Below, in pieces: positions 1-12,599 of a stretch of 28,016 bases of DNA. Source of the stretch: Halocafeteria seosinensis. Lineage: Eukaryota. Numbering within the stretch: the first letter of the stretch is position 1; every line of letters begins with the position of its first letter. The notes beneath the pieces were generated by a model. The model was not told the origin of the DNA, did not search any database, and saw only the letters and a program-made list of their open reading frames with translations. The DNA is taken from contig LVLI01000281.1 in NCBI GenBank assembly GCA_001687465.1, positions 124,001-152,016 of the forward strand. The letters run 5' to 3'. A program made the translations under genes and the position numbers.

Positions 1-197
1 CCTGCATTGCACACAGAAAATCCCCGTAAGCTATAAACTCCATCCTCATTCGTGGCTAGAAACGGGCGTACCTCCGTCGCCTGCTTATAGAGTCCATACA
101 GCCTTAATTTCGTCTCATTCGACACTTGCTCGTCTGGATCCTCGGGGAGACTCTTCACGTACGCCACCGCTTCCTGGAACACTTCCTCCTCATCCAT
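1..197 (-). CDS. ACBP: Acyl-CoA-binding protein (ACBP domain), 5' part; continues off the window start
   Basis: Not in the ORF track. Exon 1 (197..72) translates MDEEEVFQEAVAYVKSLPEDPDEQVSNETKLRLYGLYKQATE. A GTACGC...TGCAG intron (71..2) follows, then G at position 1. LYGLYKQAT(E)G is the ACBP signature. Confidence 0.9.
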   Translation of the reverse strand, partial: MDEEEVFQEAVAYVKSLPEDPDEQVSNETKLRLYGLYKQATEVRPFLATNEDGVYSLRGFSVCNA

Positions 198-642
198 TGT
201 ATCCCTATATCCGAGCTAATACAGATCATGCATGCCAACAATAATATTGAATGAAACAACACTTGCCTCATAGCAGACATACAAACCCTAACGGCAAGAC
301 GCAGCGTTTGTGAAGCGAGCGTGATTGGGACTCACCGGGAACTTTCCCTGTAGGGCAATCTATGTACACTGTCGTGTGGAATCATATCTCGTGAGAAAGA
401 AATGTGCATTATACTGTCGTGGTATATTAGGCTTGTTAAGCCTCAAACTCGAAGCACGGCTACAACCCCTCCCGTACCCAGGGTCCCAGATGGATACTCG
501 GCTGGGTGAATCTCTGTGGTAGGCCCACTTACGTCAGGCAAATGTTTCCATTAAGCGGATAACAACATTACGAACCACTAGTATCCACTAGCTTCCTCGG
601 ACAGGGGAGCAATAGTCCTCTCGCATGTTCGCAAGGATCTGT

Positions 643-2305
643 TCATGAAGCACTAGTGTCTGAAGTGGCGCTTGAATAACTGATACCTCCGATTCGGACT
701 CCCGCAGTGCCTGTAACGTAGCCAGACTCGCCTTGAGTGGTTGGACTAGGAGCATGACTGGAGTAAGAGGCAATCCTATTTGCGTCCAACTCGTTTAGAA
801 ATCTTTCGGACTGTGTCCCAGGAGGAGCTTCTCGCACTTTTGAACGATTTCCGACGGCTAGCGAGTTCATATGCCGTTCTAGCGATGCAGCGTTATATTC
901 GTAAGCTTCACCTTTACTACCGTACCAATCGATGAATTTCATTGCAATATCAATCTTTTTGTGGTGCATGTTTTGGACGGAAGCTGTATTCATAATACAT
1001 GACGGTATCCAAACTAGTACAGACTTGGACGCGTTAGTTCTTGACGTACCGTGGTGTTGCAACAGTTTTTCTATTCGATCGCAATCGTCTTGGTGAGCGC
1101 ACACGTTGATCGATTGTTCACACGAGGATTTGAAGTGTTGGTAGTCTGTAACATTCACTTTCTTGGATAAGTCTTCGAATGTAGGTCGCTGTGACAAGTC
1201 TTCAGCAACACTGTTGTGGTTGTGTTCAAGTCGTTCGAGGTCTTGCTTTAGAGATGTCGCCCATTCAAGGAGTTCTTTCTGTTTTTTCTTTGTGGTTTGC
1301 TGAAATTCTTGAGTCTCTCGCAACGGTGCTTTATTCTCCACATCACTACGTATAGATTCTACCGAGGAAACGAGCTCACCAAATCGTGAGAGGTCTACTT
1401 TTCTGTTTAGATCTTGCGAATGCGAGTCAAGGTTAGCATCATGTCCATCCAGACGGCGTTCAGTTTCTGATACTCTCGTGTCTAGCTCTCCAAGTTTCTC
1501 CTCTGTTTGTGACATGTGATTGGAGACCTTCTGATGGAAAGAGGCGTGGTCTTCAATTCCTTGCAAGATAGCCTTGTACCTCCTCATTTCACTTTTGTCA
1601 ACCTTGCACGAAACTACCCCTTGCAACGCAGACAATTCACTCTCGACATTTTGATGTGAATCCACCAAACTGCACAGACATAAAAATGGCGTAAATGCAG
1701 GGCAAAAGAAAATGTCCATCTGTAGCAGTGCAACCTAGTACGTACTCTTGGAAGGCAGTCGTCGAGGTAAAGTCGTTACGCGCCCCTTCTAAGAATTCTT
1801 CCATTTTACCTTGCAAGTCTTCTTTAAACTGCTCAAAACTTGACATGGTAGCTCTTTGCCGCATATGGTTTTCCATGGTTGCTAGTTTTCGCTGTTGTTG
1901 TGCCACAAAATCTCCTATCGAGCAGTCTGAACGCTCCTCCGGCTCCCGTTGGGCGTCTTCCTTGGCTTCCTGCTCTATCATGTACCCTGCTGGCACAGTG
2001 ATTGCTTGTTCAACGTGGTTTACCCGTGATTCTAACTTGTCTAAACGCTCAAAAATGCGCTCGTGAGTGATGAGTAGCTCATCATGCGTGGGGCGCTCGT
2101 GCACATCCCGTTGAAGATGATGGATCAATTTCGCCTGATCTTCCAGCTGTTTCTGCATACTACCGATGGTTCGCTCCAGCATAGTCGCTGCACCAAACAT
2201 TGCATCGCCAAAGGCATGATTGCCTGACCCTTCTCCTCTCCGCGGTGCTGTAGTAGGGGCGCTTTCATGCGCCATACTCGTACTCGAGGAGGTCGTTGTC
2301 GACAT
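643..2305 (-). CDS. Uncharacterised long coiled-coil protein, 3 predicted exons (2305..1746, 1669..1050, 983..643)
   Basis: ORFs 1637..2449 and 643..1719 join in frame across a GTACGT..GTGCAG intron (1745..1670). A second in-frame GTACGT..TACAG intron lies at 1049..984. The sequence is E/K/Q/L heptad-rich and has a motif-like C-terminal block, IAMKFIDWYGSKGEAYEYNAASLERHMNSLA. The start at MSTTTSS (2305) is inferred. Confidence 0.75.
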
Positions 2306-2318
2306 TTCAAATACCCCA

Positions 2319-2341
2319 CTCTCTCTCTCTCTCTCTCTCTC
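2319..2341. repeat. (CT)n microsatellite
   Basis: About 11 perfect CT units, just upstream of the inferred ATG at 2305. Confidence 0.9.
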
Positions 2342-3542
2342 AATGCCAGCAATGGATGTCCGCGGTTCGAACGCGACTTTACAACCTGCTTGCATGGAAA
2401 TAGGACATTTTGTATAGAGCAAATACCGGAGAGTAGAGGTCCCATTCAACTTTCAAATGGAAAAAATATAACGTTTGTGAAGGTGCTCGACAACCACCCA
2501 CTGGTGGCACTGGGGCGTCCCTGTAGTCTCAGTGGGACTCCCACTGTTGGAGTGATGATACAGTCTGTATCCTAGCGAGGCAGTTTGTATGCGTGGTGTA
2601 CATATGATACAATTCCATTTCCCTGTTTCTCTTTTGGAATACGTATAACGACGATTTTCAAGGAATGATGATTCTCCCAGGCACGAACTACTGTAACTAT
2701 TGTACAACGAAGCCATCAAGTGCAACCTGACCTAAAGCCACCCCAGCAAAAGCAGTTCTTGACAGTCTGGCAGCGCGATATCAACAGGAGAATCAGGCCA
2801 TCATAAACCCCACGAGGCGGAAGGTCACCGCCATCACCTGATTCTTTTGGCCATGATGATGATTGTCCCGCACTATGATCTGTAACGCAGCCGCCGATGA
2901 AGATGTACAACATTTTGTGACGCTAGACTGAACATGATGCAAATAATTAAAGTAACGGGTGCGTGCAGAGCACTGCAGACCAGACCGGTGCAAGTCACGG
3001 GCACAAAACCAACACAACTGCAGAATCCTGTAGTAGTAGGGATGATTGAGAGATACCATTGCGCTGAATTAGATTTTCACTGGCGGGNCAAACGTATGTA
3101 TATACGTTTGGTCTATTATTGCTCTTCACATATGGATAGCTGATTGGGTTACGTATAGCGGTTGTGCGCATGTAGGAATGCACGCATCAAGACGTGCAAC
3201 CGGTACATACTGTATGCAGGTATATCGTATACCGTGCGCACCGTACCACGCTGTGCAGGAGACGTTTACGCAATAGCACCATGCCGCTGCTATCACTTTT
3301 AGTCGTTCCCATCACCTGCTGATAGGAATTCTGAATTTACCGATTCTGCACCAATTGGCGACCAAGCAAACCCCATACGATTGAACGCTGGGCAACATTG
3401 TATACTACTTCGATTGCTCTGAAACAAATAGTGTGCACAATCAGTGCATTCATTACATAAACGTTAAACGGTGCCGTTTGTTTCGCTTATCTGAACGAAA
3501 TTTGGAAACGCGTTTTTCGTTTGTAAACGCAAACATAACAGG

Positions 3543-6500
3543 TCATGCAGAGGAAGATGGACTGTTCCGGAAATCTCGGCGCAGCTTCCATACTTTGCGC
3601 CCACCCCTACGCGATGAAGACGTGGGCTCTGCAACGGTTCGCAAGACTCTACGGAATATCGATGGAGGAACTTGTAAACTACCTTGGAAATGCTCCAGCA
3701 CAGTATTAGTCTCAACAGACGAGCGACGGTTTCTGAGGAAACGAATAATATCACACCCGCATTGTTTCACACGCTCTTCTGACGGTGATAACTTGTCAGT
3801 AGTATCTCTTGAAAGATCTACCATGCTGGTGAATGTTCTTCCAAGCGAGTCCTGCCTTGACGCAGCTCGCCACAATCCATCCCGGTTTCTACCGCCATTG
3901 ACGTTGGTGCGAGACGAACTTGCTGCATCTTCCAGCTGCTGTACTGCATTGTGCCTTTGATGCATCCGTTGAAGGATATCTGAAGACGTCAAAACTTCTC
4001 CTTTTCTACTATTTGGTGACTCTTCCCTCAATGAGAGGTGGTGTGGTGTTTTGTACAGATGCTGGCTGACCTTCATCCGCTTCGAGCGGCTCCGGGGCGC
4101 GAATTGACGTGAGCCTCCAGAATTGAAGGATGACCCAATTAAGAACGATGCTCCTCTACGAGAAGCAACTGAGGCTCTCATACCCGAGCGAGTCTCAATA
4201 GAAATGTTGCGTCTCAAGATGCGCTTTCTACCAAAAACGGGCCAGCATTGCTGGCAAGTGTTGGACACCTCGTTCGCAGTCCGACCTCTGCCGAAGCTAC
4301 TAAGACTGCGTAAAATTTCTGCTATACGGTCAGAAGTTAGAAAATGGAACTGGGCTTCAGAGACTGCATTGGACTGTCGAAGTGCTGCGGCGGCGTCAGT
4401 GGACCAACGTGCTGCTGCACTCTCTACATTCCCATCGCGACTCTGGCGATTCTCAAACACATTGTCGAGTTCTGAATCATTGAACAGAGCTTGCATCACT
4501 GCCTTATCCGTCGATGCTTCTTCGTCGTCTGAGTATGCCTCATCGTCTTCTTCGTCTTCACTTACGTAAGCAGCGAGATCTACAGCGTTTGACGAAGGCT
4601 CTTCAGCTGCGGCATCAACGTTATTGTTCAAAGACTGCTGCTGAGATTTAGATCCATCTGTATGGTCCTCATCATTCAGTGTAAATAGCTCTCGAAGCTC
4701 AGAATTGTCGTAGAGCTCATCAGTATGGATTCCAGCTGCTTTACGTGACTTCCGCCTCTGCTTCCCAGAAGCCTTCGAGTACTGATATCCACCGCCAGCT
4801 TCTGGGTTTTGAAGGACTCGTGTTGTAATAAGCAGTTTCCATACTTGCCGTTGGTATATTTTCTCTTCAATGGTTCCCCGACAGATAAGTCGATAAATAG
4901 TCACGTGGCGACGCTGTCCAAGCCGCCAAGCCCTCTCACGGGCCTGTGTGTCCGTCGACGGGTTCCAATCGGGGTCGTATAGTATCACTCGGTTGGCACC
5001 TGTCAAGTTAACTCCGATACCACCCACCCGCGTTGTTAGCAAGAATACAAATGCTTCTGATTCATCATGATTGAACCTATCAATCAGTTGTTGCCGTTGT
5101 ATGACTGGCGTAGTTCCATCCATGCGAAGATACGGGAATTGATGATACTGCACGAGCCCTTCGATGACGTCCAACATCTGTCGCCCTTGCGTAAATAAGA
5201 GGACTCGATGACCCTCTTGAAACCACTGTTCAAGAATTTTGGAGGTCACTGTGAGTTTTCCCGATCGTTTCCAGTTGGTTCTACCTGATGCAATTCTGTC
5301 TGACATAGTGTTCATCGGTCCACAGCCATCTCCTTCGTCATCCGCATTAGCACGTCTTTCGTAGAATGCCGTAGGGTACGGATCCTCAGTAATTTTGAAT
5401 AGATCTGGATGGTTACACAACTTCCTTAACAATCCCAGAGCTCTGCAGACCATCACGTTATTCATTCACGGAATCGTGGAAACACTAAATCAGCCTTTCT
5501 TACCGGAATGCACGCGCTTCGCCCTTCAATACTTGCGAAACTTCTAACGAGTCCAGGTATTTTTTATACAACTCTCGTTGATATCCTGATAAACGACAAA
5601 ATAGTACCTGTTCGGTTTTTGGAGGCAGAATGGACTGATCATGGACGTCTTTTTTCATCCGCCGAAGGAGGTAGGGTCTAATCAAATCCCTTAAAATCAC
5701 AGCACACTGGTATGCTCTTGAAGCCTGCAGCCGTGTGGCATTGGCCCATCCTCCGGCGGCAATAGGTTTCGCAAATTGTTCTTCAAACACTTCTTGCGAA
5801 CCTAATCTGCCTGGAAAGACGAAATCGAACAAGCTCCAGAGTTCCAGCAGCTTGTTCTGTATAGGCGCACCAGAAAGTATCAGTCTGTGCACTGTTGGAA
5901 CAGTTTTCACTGCAGTGGCTATATCTGTCGCGGGGTTCCTTATCTTATGTCCCTCGTCTAGAATCACATACTGCCAAGGTAAAGATGCAAGCATATCTGC
6001 GTTTCGTCGGAACCCCTCGTACGTCATTACCACAGCGTCACACTTGTTCTTCCAATTCCGCTGTTGAGCAAAAGCCATCGATGCTATCCTCTTGGCGCTG
6101 AGTCCTAATGCTTTCATCCCAACAGAGCATTGATGCATAACCAATACACGAAGAGGAGGATACCATCGGATCAGTTCACGATACCAGTGTGTAAGCATTG
6201 TGGCTGGGCAGACGATCAAACTGGATGACTGATTCGAAGAGTTCGACGCTTGTAATTTCAGGGCACAAAGAAACACCGCCACCTGCACTGTTTTGCCTAG
6301 ACCTGTTTAGATATACCAGAAAATATGAAGGTGACGTAGAACTAAGCACGCAGAAGGCACACCGACTTACCCATTTCGTCCGCGATAACTCCTCCAACTC
6401 GATGTCGATGCAATTCAATGAGCCATCTCACCCCTGTTTTCTGGTAGGGAAAGAGATTGTTCCATATGTTCTTGGGGACTACCCAGCCTGACACATCCTG

Positions 6501-7559
6501 CTCTTCGTGTAATTCTGGTTTCTCCGAGCACAGGCTTTCAAACTTTTCGATCCTTTCTCGGTATACGGCATAGTCACTATCATCTTCTATTGTTGCTACC
6601 ATAGGATCCGCCACATTTATTTCATCGTTTCTAGTCGCGACGTGTTTGTCTTTGTCGCGCACTGTTGCCGTAAGGTCCATTGCATTGTCTTCGTCATCGT
6701 CTGCAGAACCGCCCACCTGTAACTCTGCGCTAGCCTCGTATTCGGCAAATTCGTCTTCTTCAGAGGATAAAGTTTGATCATCTGTACGCTGTTTCTTCTT
6801 CGGTTCCTTTGGCTTCGCTTTATCCCTTTGCAAAGCCTTACCGGATGGTGCCGCTCTACGAGATGCTTTCCGGTTTACCGCGCTGTCCTTCTGAGCGGCC
6901 ACACGCTTTTTATTCTGCGTTAACGGTGGTTCCTTCTCGCTTGTGGCACTCTGTATACTAGGTGATAAGTCTTCATCGGGTGTTTCTCCGGGAATTTCGC
7001 CTTCCTCCTGCGTACTAGAAGGTGGATGTTGCTGTCTCTCTCGGGACACTTCGAACGGAGTCTTATACCCCAACCGAACATCCGAGTCCTGCTGAAGGAC
7101 CCCGAAGAAGCTATCCTGTTCAGCCCCGTCAGGCGAGGTGATCATACTTTGATTCCCAGAGCTAGAGCCGCCGGGTGCGTTGCCACTGCTTTGTTGCAGG
7201 AAACAATGTTCGAGGCGTTCTAGAATTCTCAACTGGACCATGAGTTGAGCCACTCTGTCAGACGCGTATTTGGATAGCTTCCTCTCCTTGGAAAGTTCTG
7301 CCTCTGTCTCCTCCTTCAAAGTCTTGACTGTATCCCAGTCGGCACAGGTATCCACTTGGCACATATGCTTGATCCAAGCCCTTCGTGCCATGTCCTGGTC
7401 CACGTGCTGCTGTTCCACAGCTTGTACCCCCAGAGTGGCCAAGAAATCCTGCGTCGATGCCTCTTCTCCATCATTAGAAACATTAGCGTGTATATGGGAG
7501 GATGCCGCGCTCCTATACGTGCCAGTGGCGGCGCTAGCCGCCCCCATGGACGAGGACAT
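3543..7559 (-). CDS. ERCC6: CSB/ERCC6/Rad26-family SNF2 ATPase (transcription-coupled repair); exons 7559..6371, 6302..5504, 5442..3543
   Basis: Splicing of intron 6370..6303 restores Walker A, IADEMG|LGKTVQ. Other motifs: ILDEGHKIRNP; LSGAPIQNKLLELWSLFDF; the CSB-typical GGWANAT..AYQCAVILRDLIRPYLLRRMKKDV; LRKLCNHPDL (after intron 5503..5443); LLTTRVGGIGVNLTGANRV..DPDWNPSTDTQARERAWRLGQ. It has an acidic N-terminus and a winged-helix-like C-terminal region. Further in-frame introns in the tail cannot be excluded. Confidence 0.92.
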
Positions 7560-8382
7560 TCACGAGCAGACAGACTGACGTAGGCACGATTGCCGTTCCT
7601 CCTACAGCCTGTAGGAGGACAGCATGTACAACATGAACAATTCTATCGACTGTGCAACTTTGATGTACAACAATTCTATCAAGTCTAAACGATACGGATT
7701 CATTGATACCATTAGCCTGATGGTGGGGATAAAACTTCTTGCTGCCGCAGAAGTTCAAGCCGCTGTGGTAGAGTTACAGGCTGACTTACAACAGGACGTA
7801 CTGTAGTCGAATCTTCGTATACAAGGTTTGTTGGAATTTTCACCTATTTTTGACAAATTTGAAAATGCCCGGAGCTGTCGGCTCAAACTGAAATATCTCT
7901 TTTTGGAACAGGAAATACAATTGTGGTAGTACCCAGTATTATTACCCGTACAAGTGACTGCTACCTGGTACCAGTGACCGCAACTGACCCTAATCAGACC
8001 AAATATGCAGCCTACGATCTGTTTCTGTGCAAATTCTGGCTCAATATACAAGGACTGTTTTGTATATCGTTCAGCCTTTGCCTTTGTATATGGCAAGTAC
8101 TGTCCGTGACCGGAAAGAAACAGAAGTACAATTATTGCTACAACAGTTCTACAGTGCGGTTGTTATTAACGCATACTTCCGTAGCTAACTCGTCCAGGTT
8201 GCAAGTATGAAAACATCATCTTTCAGAGTGGAGCAGGTGGCCTTGTGCGAGACTGCAACGATTGATGCCGCGGTACACTGCGAACGCGTTAATAATGCGC
8301 TTGACTGCAGACGTCGGCCTTCATATATATATATTGAACCAATCTCTATACAAGGTCGGATTGTGCCGAGTACTGCAAAACG

Positions 8383-9144
8383 CTAGGTGTGACTTGCCGA
8401 AGTATCCCCACTGTGAGTATCATTGTCCTGATGAGCGCTCTGCTTGCCCTGCCGGGTGCGAACATTGATCTCATTGATCCCGTATAATTGAGCCTTCATC
8501 CCAGCTATTCCTTTCATTTTATTCACTTTATTTGCCAGATCATATTTCGATACGTGGTCCACTTCTCGCAATGGCAGCCGATCCGGAATCTTGACACCCA
8601 CACGTTGTGCAGCCGCCTCTCTATACTCTTGACTGTCTATATCTATTTGCCCATGTTGGCTCAGTAATTTCTGCATTCAAAATAACAGTATACTTTGACA
8701 GTTTCTTCAGAATGTAAGCTAACGTGGGGTGCTTCTTACCTTCTGCTCGACAATAGCCTCATAAAGAGTCAGAATGTCCTGGGTCTTGCGGCGTAAGCGT
8801 CGAGTTTCCTGACGGTCATTCAGGTGCTGATTCTCACGCGCCTGTTGCATTATATAATCTGTCCACAAAGATACATCGTTGGCATGTTCTCCTGAGGCAG
8901 ATGGTGGTTTATTATCGAAATACATCCGTGCATGCCGCAGAAGCCCTCTGAGGGCTGCCAAGGTCTTTTTCTGCGCCTTTGTATGTGTCTTTGTCGACTC
9001 CGACGCGAACTTCCTCCTCCCTACGGGATTATCTGTTATGGCTGGAGCTGTACAGGGCATAGTAACTTGTGGAACAGCTCTGTACCCTCCATATCTGCTG
9101 CAGGTCCCCCAGACCGGAGTACACCGCCGAACAAGAGTTTGCAT
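8383..9144 (-). CDS. Mitochondrial LYR-family protein, FMC1-like (ATP synthase assembly); exons 9144..8740, 8670..8383
   Basis: A GTAAGA..TGCAG intron (8739..8671) joins the two ORFs in frame. The N-terminus is Arg-rich, acid-poor and presequence-like. It has LYR-like ALRGLLRHAR...DYIMQQAREN and an FMC1-like C-terminal motif, EAAAQRVGVKIP. Confidence 0.65.
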
Positions 9145-9433
9145 GTTTTACAAAAGCCACAGCAAGCCTTTCCACTACACGGAACACAACACGATGGAAA
9201 AAAACCCAACTATAGAAACATTTATTCAACCAATGCCGTAATCTCTGTAAATACAGTCCTGTGATAAATGATCATAGAAGTTCCACCCACTCGAACTTCA
9301 ACTTCAAGGACGTTATCTCATACAGACGACTGTATGCCCGTAATAATAGACCACAGGCAATGTTTCGTAGTTACTTGGTACCTGATTTCAGTATCTAGGG
9401 GGGAATAAGAGTTCGTTGAGGGTGGAAAAGAAA

Positions 9434-12400
9434 ATGAGTACAACGAGCAAAAGCCCTCCCCCACCTCCTCCAACGTCAAATACTTCGAGTGTCCCCTTGA
9501 GGGAGCACCCTGTTCAACCGTCTCCTGACCACCACAAGCCACATGTGAGCGCAGAGAGTGGCACGGCTGCTCGGCAGGACCAGAGCCACCTCCCGGAGCT
9601 CCCTATCCCCCCATTAGAGCAATCCGTGAACAAGTTCCTCGAGGCGGCGAAACCACTTCTCAGTGAAAAACAATGCAAAAGCCTCGAGAAAACGGCACAA
9701 GAGTTTATTGGGTCCGATCGACGCGGATCGAGGAGTTCGCCCACGGATGATGATGCCGCGGAGAAATCCGAAGGACAACGGCTGCAGGAAGCGCTGTTGA
9801 ATTGGAAAGAACGGGAACGTGCGCGACTCAGAGACGAACTCGGACGAGGTACGAGATGATAGCTAAACTATTTTAGCGCCGGTATCCATATCATCATTGC
9901 GTTAAGTGCAGACAAAGTTGAAGAGTTTATGCCTCCACATTATTTGGACCGATACTGGTCTGAGGCATACTTGGGACAGCGTTCTTCAATCGCCATCAAC
10001 ACGAATCCCTTTTTTGTACTGGAGGTGTGTGGAGCTTTTGCTTTTCTAGGGATTTCAGCTACACATGGAACTCTCGTTGATTCTATGGTTGACAGGATGA
10101 CTCTACCCCTAACAGAAATAGCCAAGTGGCTAGAGCAACCTCGCTGATTATCTCAACTTTAGCATTTTACCGTATGTGGAAGACTGGAGAGTTACCAGCA
10201 GATGAGTGGAGAGATAAGGCGTTATGCATGAGGCAATATGATGTGCGTAACTATGGGTTCTCCCTGAAGTTGACGTAGAATCGAACATCGATCCTGCCCC
10301 ACGTGGTTCGCCTGCAGTATATGTTCGGATCTGCTCGAATCCCACAAGAAGGAAGAGACACGGTCATCAGCTACACGAGTCCCACCCACATTGTAATTTT
10401 GGCTAGAGGACAAGTTTATTGGTTCAACGTGTTCAGTTCGGATCAGTCAAAGTGCTTGACCTCGGTACGTGAACAGGCGTCCCTGGCTCGAGCTGCTATA
10501 TTTATGCCTCTCTCGTTTGCAACAGGAAGCGATTGCGGATAATGTTCGGCGAATTTTAGCTGACGCTTCTACAATTTCTCCAGATGATGCAGTGTCACGC
10601 TCGTTGGGAGTCATGACCAGTCGGGATAGAGATACATGGGCCAAAGTACGAGCGGAGATAGAGTCGACAGATTTCGCAACGGCCCAGTCGCTTCGAGTAA
10701 TCGACTCAAGTCTGTTCGTAGTTTGTCTCGATAATGCAAGCCCAAATAATTTGACTGAAGCAAGCTATAACTTTCTTGGAGGAACATCTGAGATAAGCTC
10801 TGAGTCGGGTACCCAAGTTGGTACTTGCCTGAATCGCTGGTATGACAAGACACTGCAATTGGCCATATGCGAAAACGGTGTCGCTGGAGTAATATTTGAA
10901 CATAGTCGTGTAGACGGTCACACGGTGCTACGCTATTCCTCGGACATAATTACGGACAGCATTATGCGCTTTGCCCAGAGTATTCGCGGTGGGTTGCCTA
11001 CCGTGCTAACTGGCTTAAACCAAGGGACTATAGGTATGATGCTGAGTCTATGTGGCTTGTTAAATATAGCTCGTTTCTACGGTTGCGATAACGGGGATTG
11101 CAGATTTAGATCCGACTCCGAAGCGGATCCAATGGAGACTCCCAGCTACTCTTTCGTTTCGCCTACAGCAAGCGGAGGCTTCCCTGTCAGACTTGATAAA
11201 CCAGACTGAAATCGAAGCTATTGAGTTCTTATCCTTCGGCAAGCGGGCAATAAAGGAAGTAAAAATGAGCCCCGACGCGTTTGTACAAATGGCCTTCCAG
11301 TTAGCGTATTATCGGTTCGTGCTACTTGCATTTGTGTTGAGTGACCACAAGAGTGCTCAGTTAAGGTCGCTTTCCTGCAGTCTATACGGTGAATTTGTTG
11401 GTTCCTATGAAACGGTTATGACCAAACGTTTCAAGGGAGGACGAACAGAACCTGTGAGACCCTTGGTACGTAATATCGCTTCTGTCGCATTCCTCAGCAG
11501 TGCTTGAACGTTTACTTATTCGAAGTTTATTTCAGACAGAGGAAACGGTGGCATTCTGTAGACAATTCCTTGACGGTTCTGCGCCCATGTCCACCAAAGC
11601 AGCTGCAATGGAGAAGGCTTTAAAGAAACATTCTGAAAATACTGGAGACGCAGCGAAGGCTCATGGTTTTGACCGCCATCTGTACGCTCTCTACTGCCTT
11701 GCTCAAGAAGCTGTCGAGCATTGCAACAAGCGTAACGAGGGATATAGCGACTTTTATCTTCACTTGCCTGAAATCGACAAGATTCCGGCAATATTTGAGC
11801 ATCCCGGATGGAAGAGTGTTTGCCATAATACCGTACGTGATTTTTGGGGTTTGCTGAACATGTCGTTAGATTGATGTCGTGGCTCCTCGAGTCCGTTGTG
11901 CAGATATCTACGTCGAACTGCGGGAATCCGTCACTAAGACTGTTCGGATTCGGTCCTGTAGTGCCTGATGGATTTTCTATTGGCTATCTAATCAAGGAAG
12001 ATGGCATGCAGTTTTCTATTTCTTCGCGAAGGAGACAGACATCTCGATTTACTGCAATGCTGCAACGGAGTCTCATGGACATGTTGGAGGTAGCAAAAGT
12101 CTCCCGCGAGATGTCCGATGCGCAGCAGAATGAATCTCTGAACATGTCAGCAGGGTCTGTCCCACTAGTTGGGGATATTGGTCCCAGGGCTGGTCCTGTT
12201 CAGTTTCCACCCACCCACGGAAACTATGGACCTGGATCCTACCAATTTCCAGGATATCAAGTGGCTCAACCTTCGTATGGTGGCTCGAATGTACAACAAC
12301 GCTGGAACACGGGGATGAATGCGGTACCCCCCGGTGTGGCGAACTCTCCCAGAGGTAGTTTTGGGCAATCCAGGTACAGCGAAAACTTCAGTAACGGGAT

Positions 12401-12599
12401 GCCAGCCCAGATCCCAGGTGCTGAAAGAAGAGAGCGACAATCTATTTCCACGGCGCACTTTTATAGTCGAAGAGGAAGTAGCTCGGTCATCAATTCAGAC
12501 GGGCGTCCCGATGCTGGGGCTCAGAAGCAAACTACGGATAATTGGGGAGAGGATGGGATTCCCGAAGTTCCTGTTCGTGGTGGTGAATTCTCGGGGTAA
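9434..12599 (+). CDS. Carnitine O-acyltransferase (choline/carnitine acyltransferase family, YAT1/FacC-like); 9 exons
   Basis: Introns 9849-9911, 10025-10095, 10243-10317, 10465-10525, 11034-11103, 11315-11380, 11466-11535 and 11833-11903 keep the frame. Motifs: LPELPIPPLE, NRWYDKTLQ, catalytic FEHSRVDGHTVLRY, SPDAFVQMAFQLAYY, GGRTE, GFDRHL, STSNCGNPSLRLFGFGP. Confidence 0.92.

Noticed and set aside
2306..2449. N-terminal extension containing ERERERE
   Set aside because: It is a translation of the CT microsatellite from a non-ATG start; probably 5' UTR.
2450..3200. Short ORFs between the coiled-coil gene and CSB
   Set aside because: All are under 105 aa, with no motifs and no consistent splice model.
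3200..3340. Cluster of short palindromes as an ncRNA
   Set aside because: Stems are only 4-6 bp, with no tRNA, snRNA or snoRNA box motifs; compatible with chance.
9434..12599. Fragmented ORFs as a pseudogene, frameshifting or an alternative genetic code
   Set aside because: Canonical GT-AG introns restore a continuous frame and all family motifs. The same holds for CSB and the TMBIM genes.
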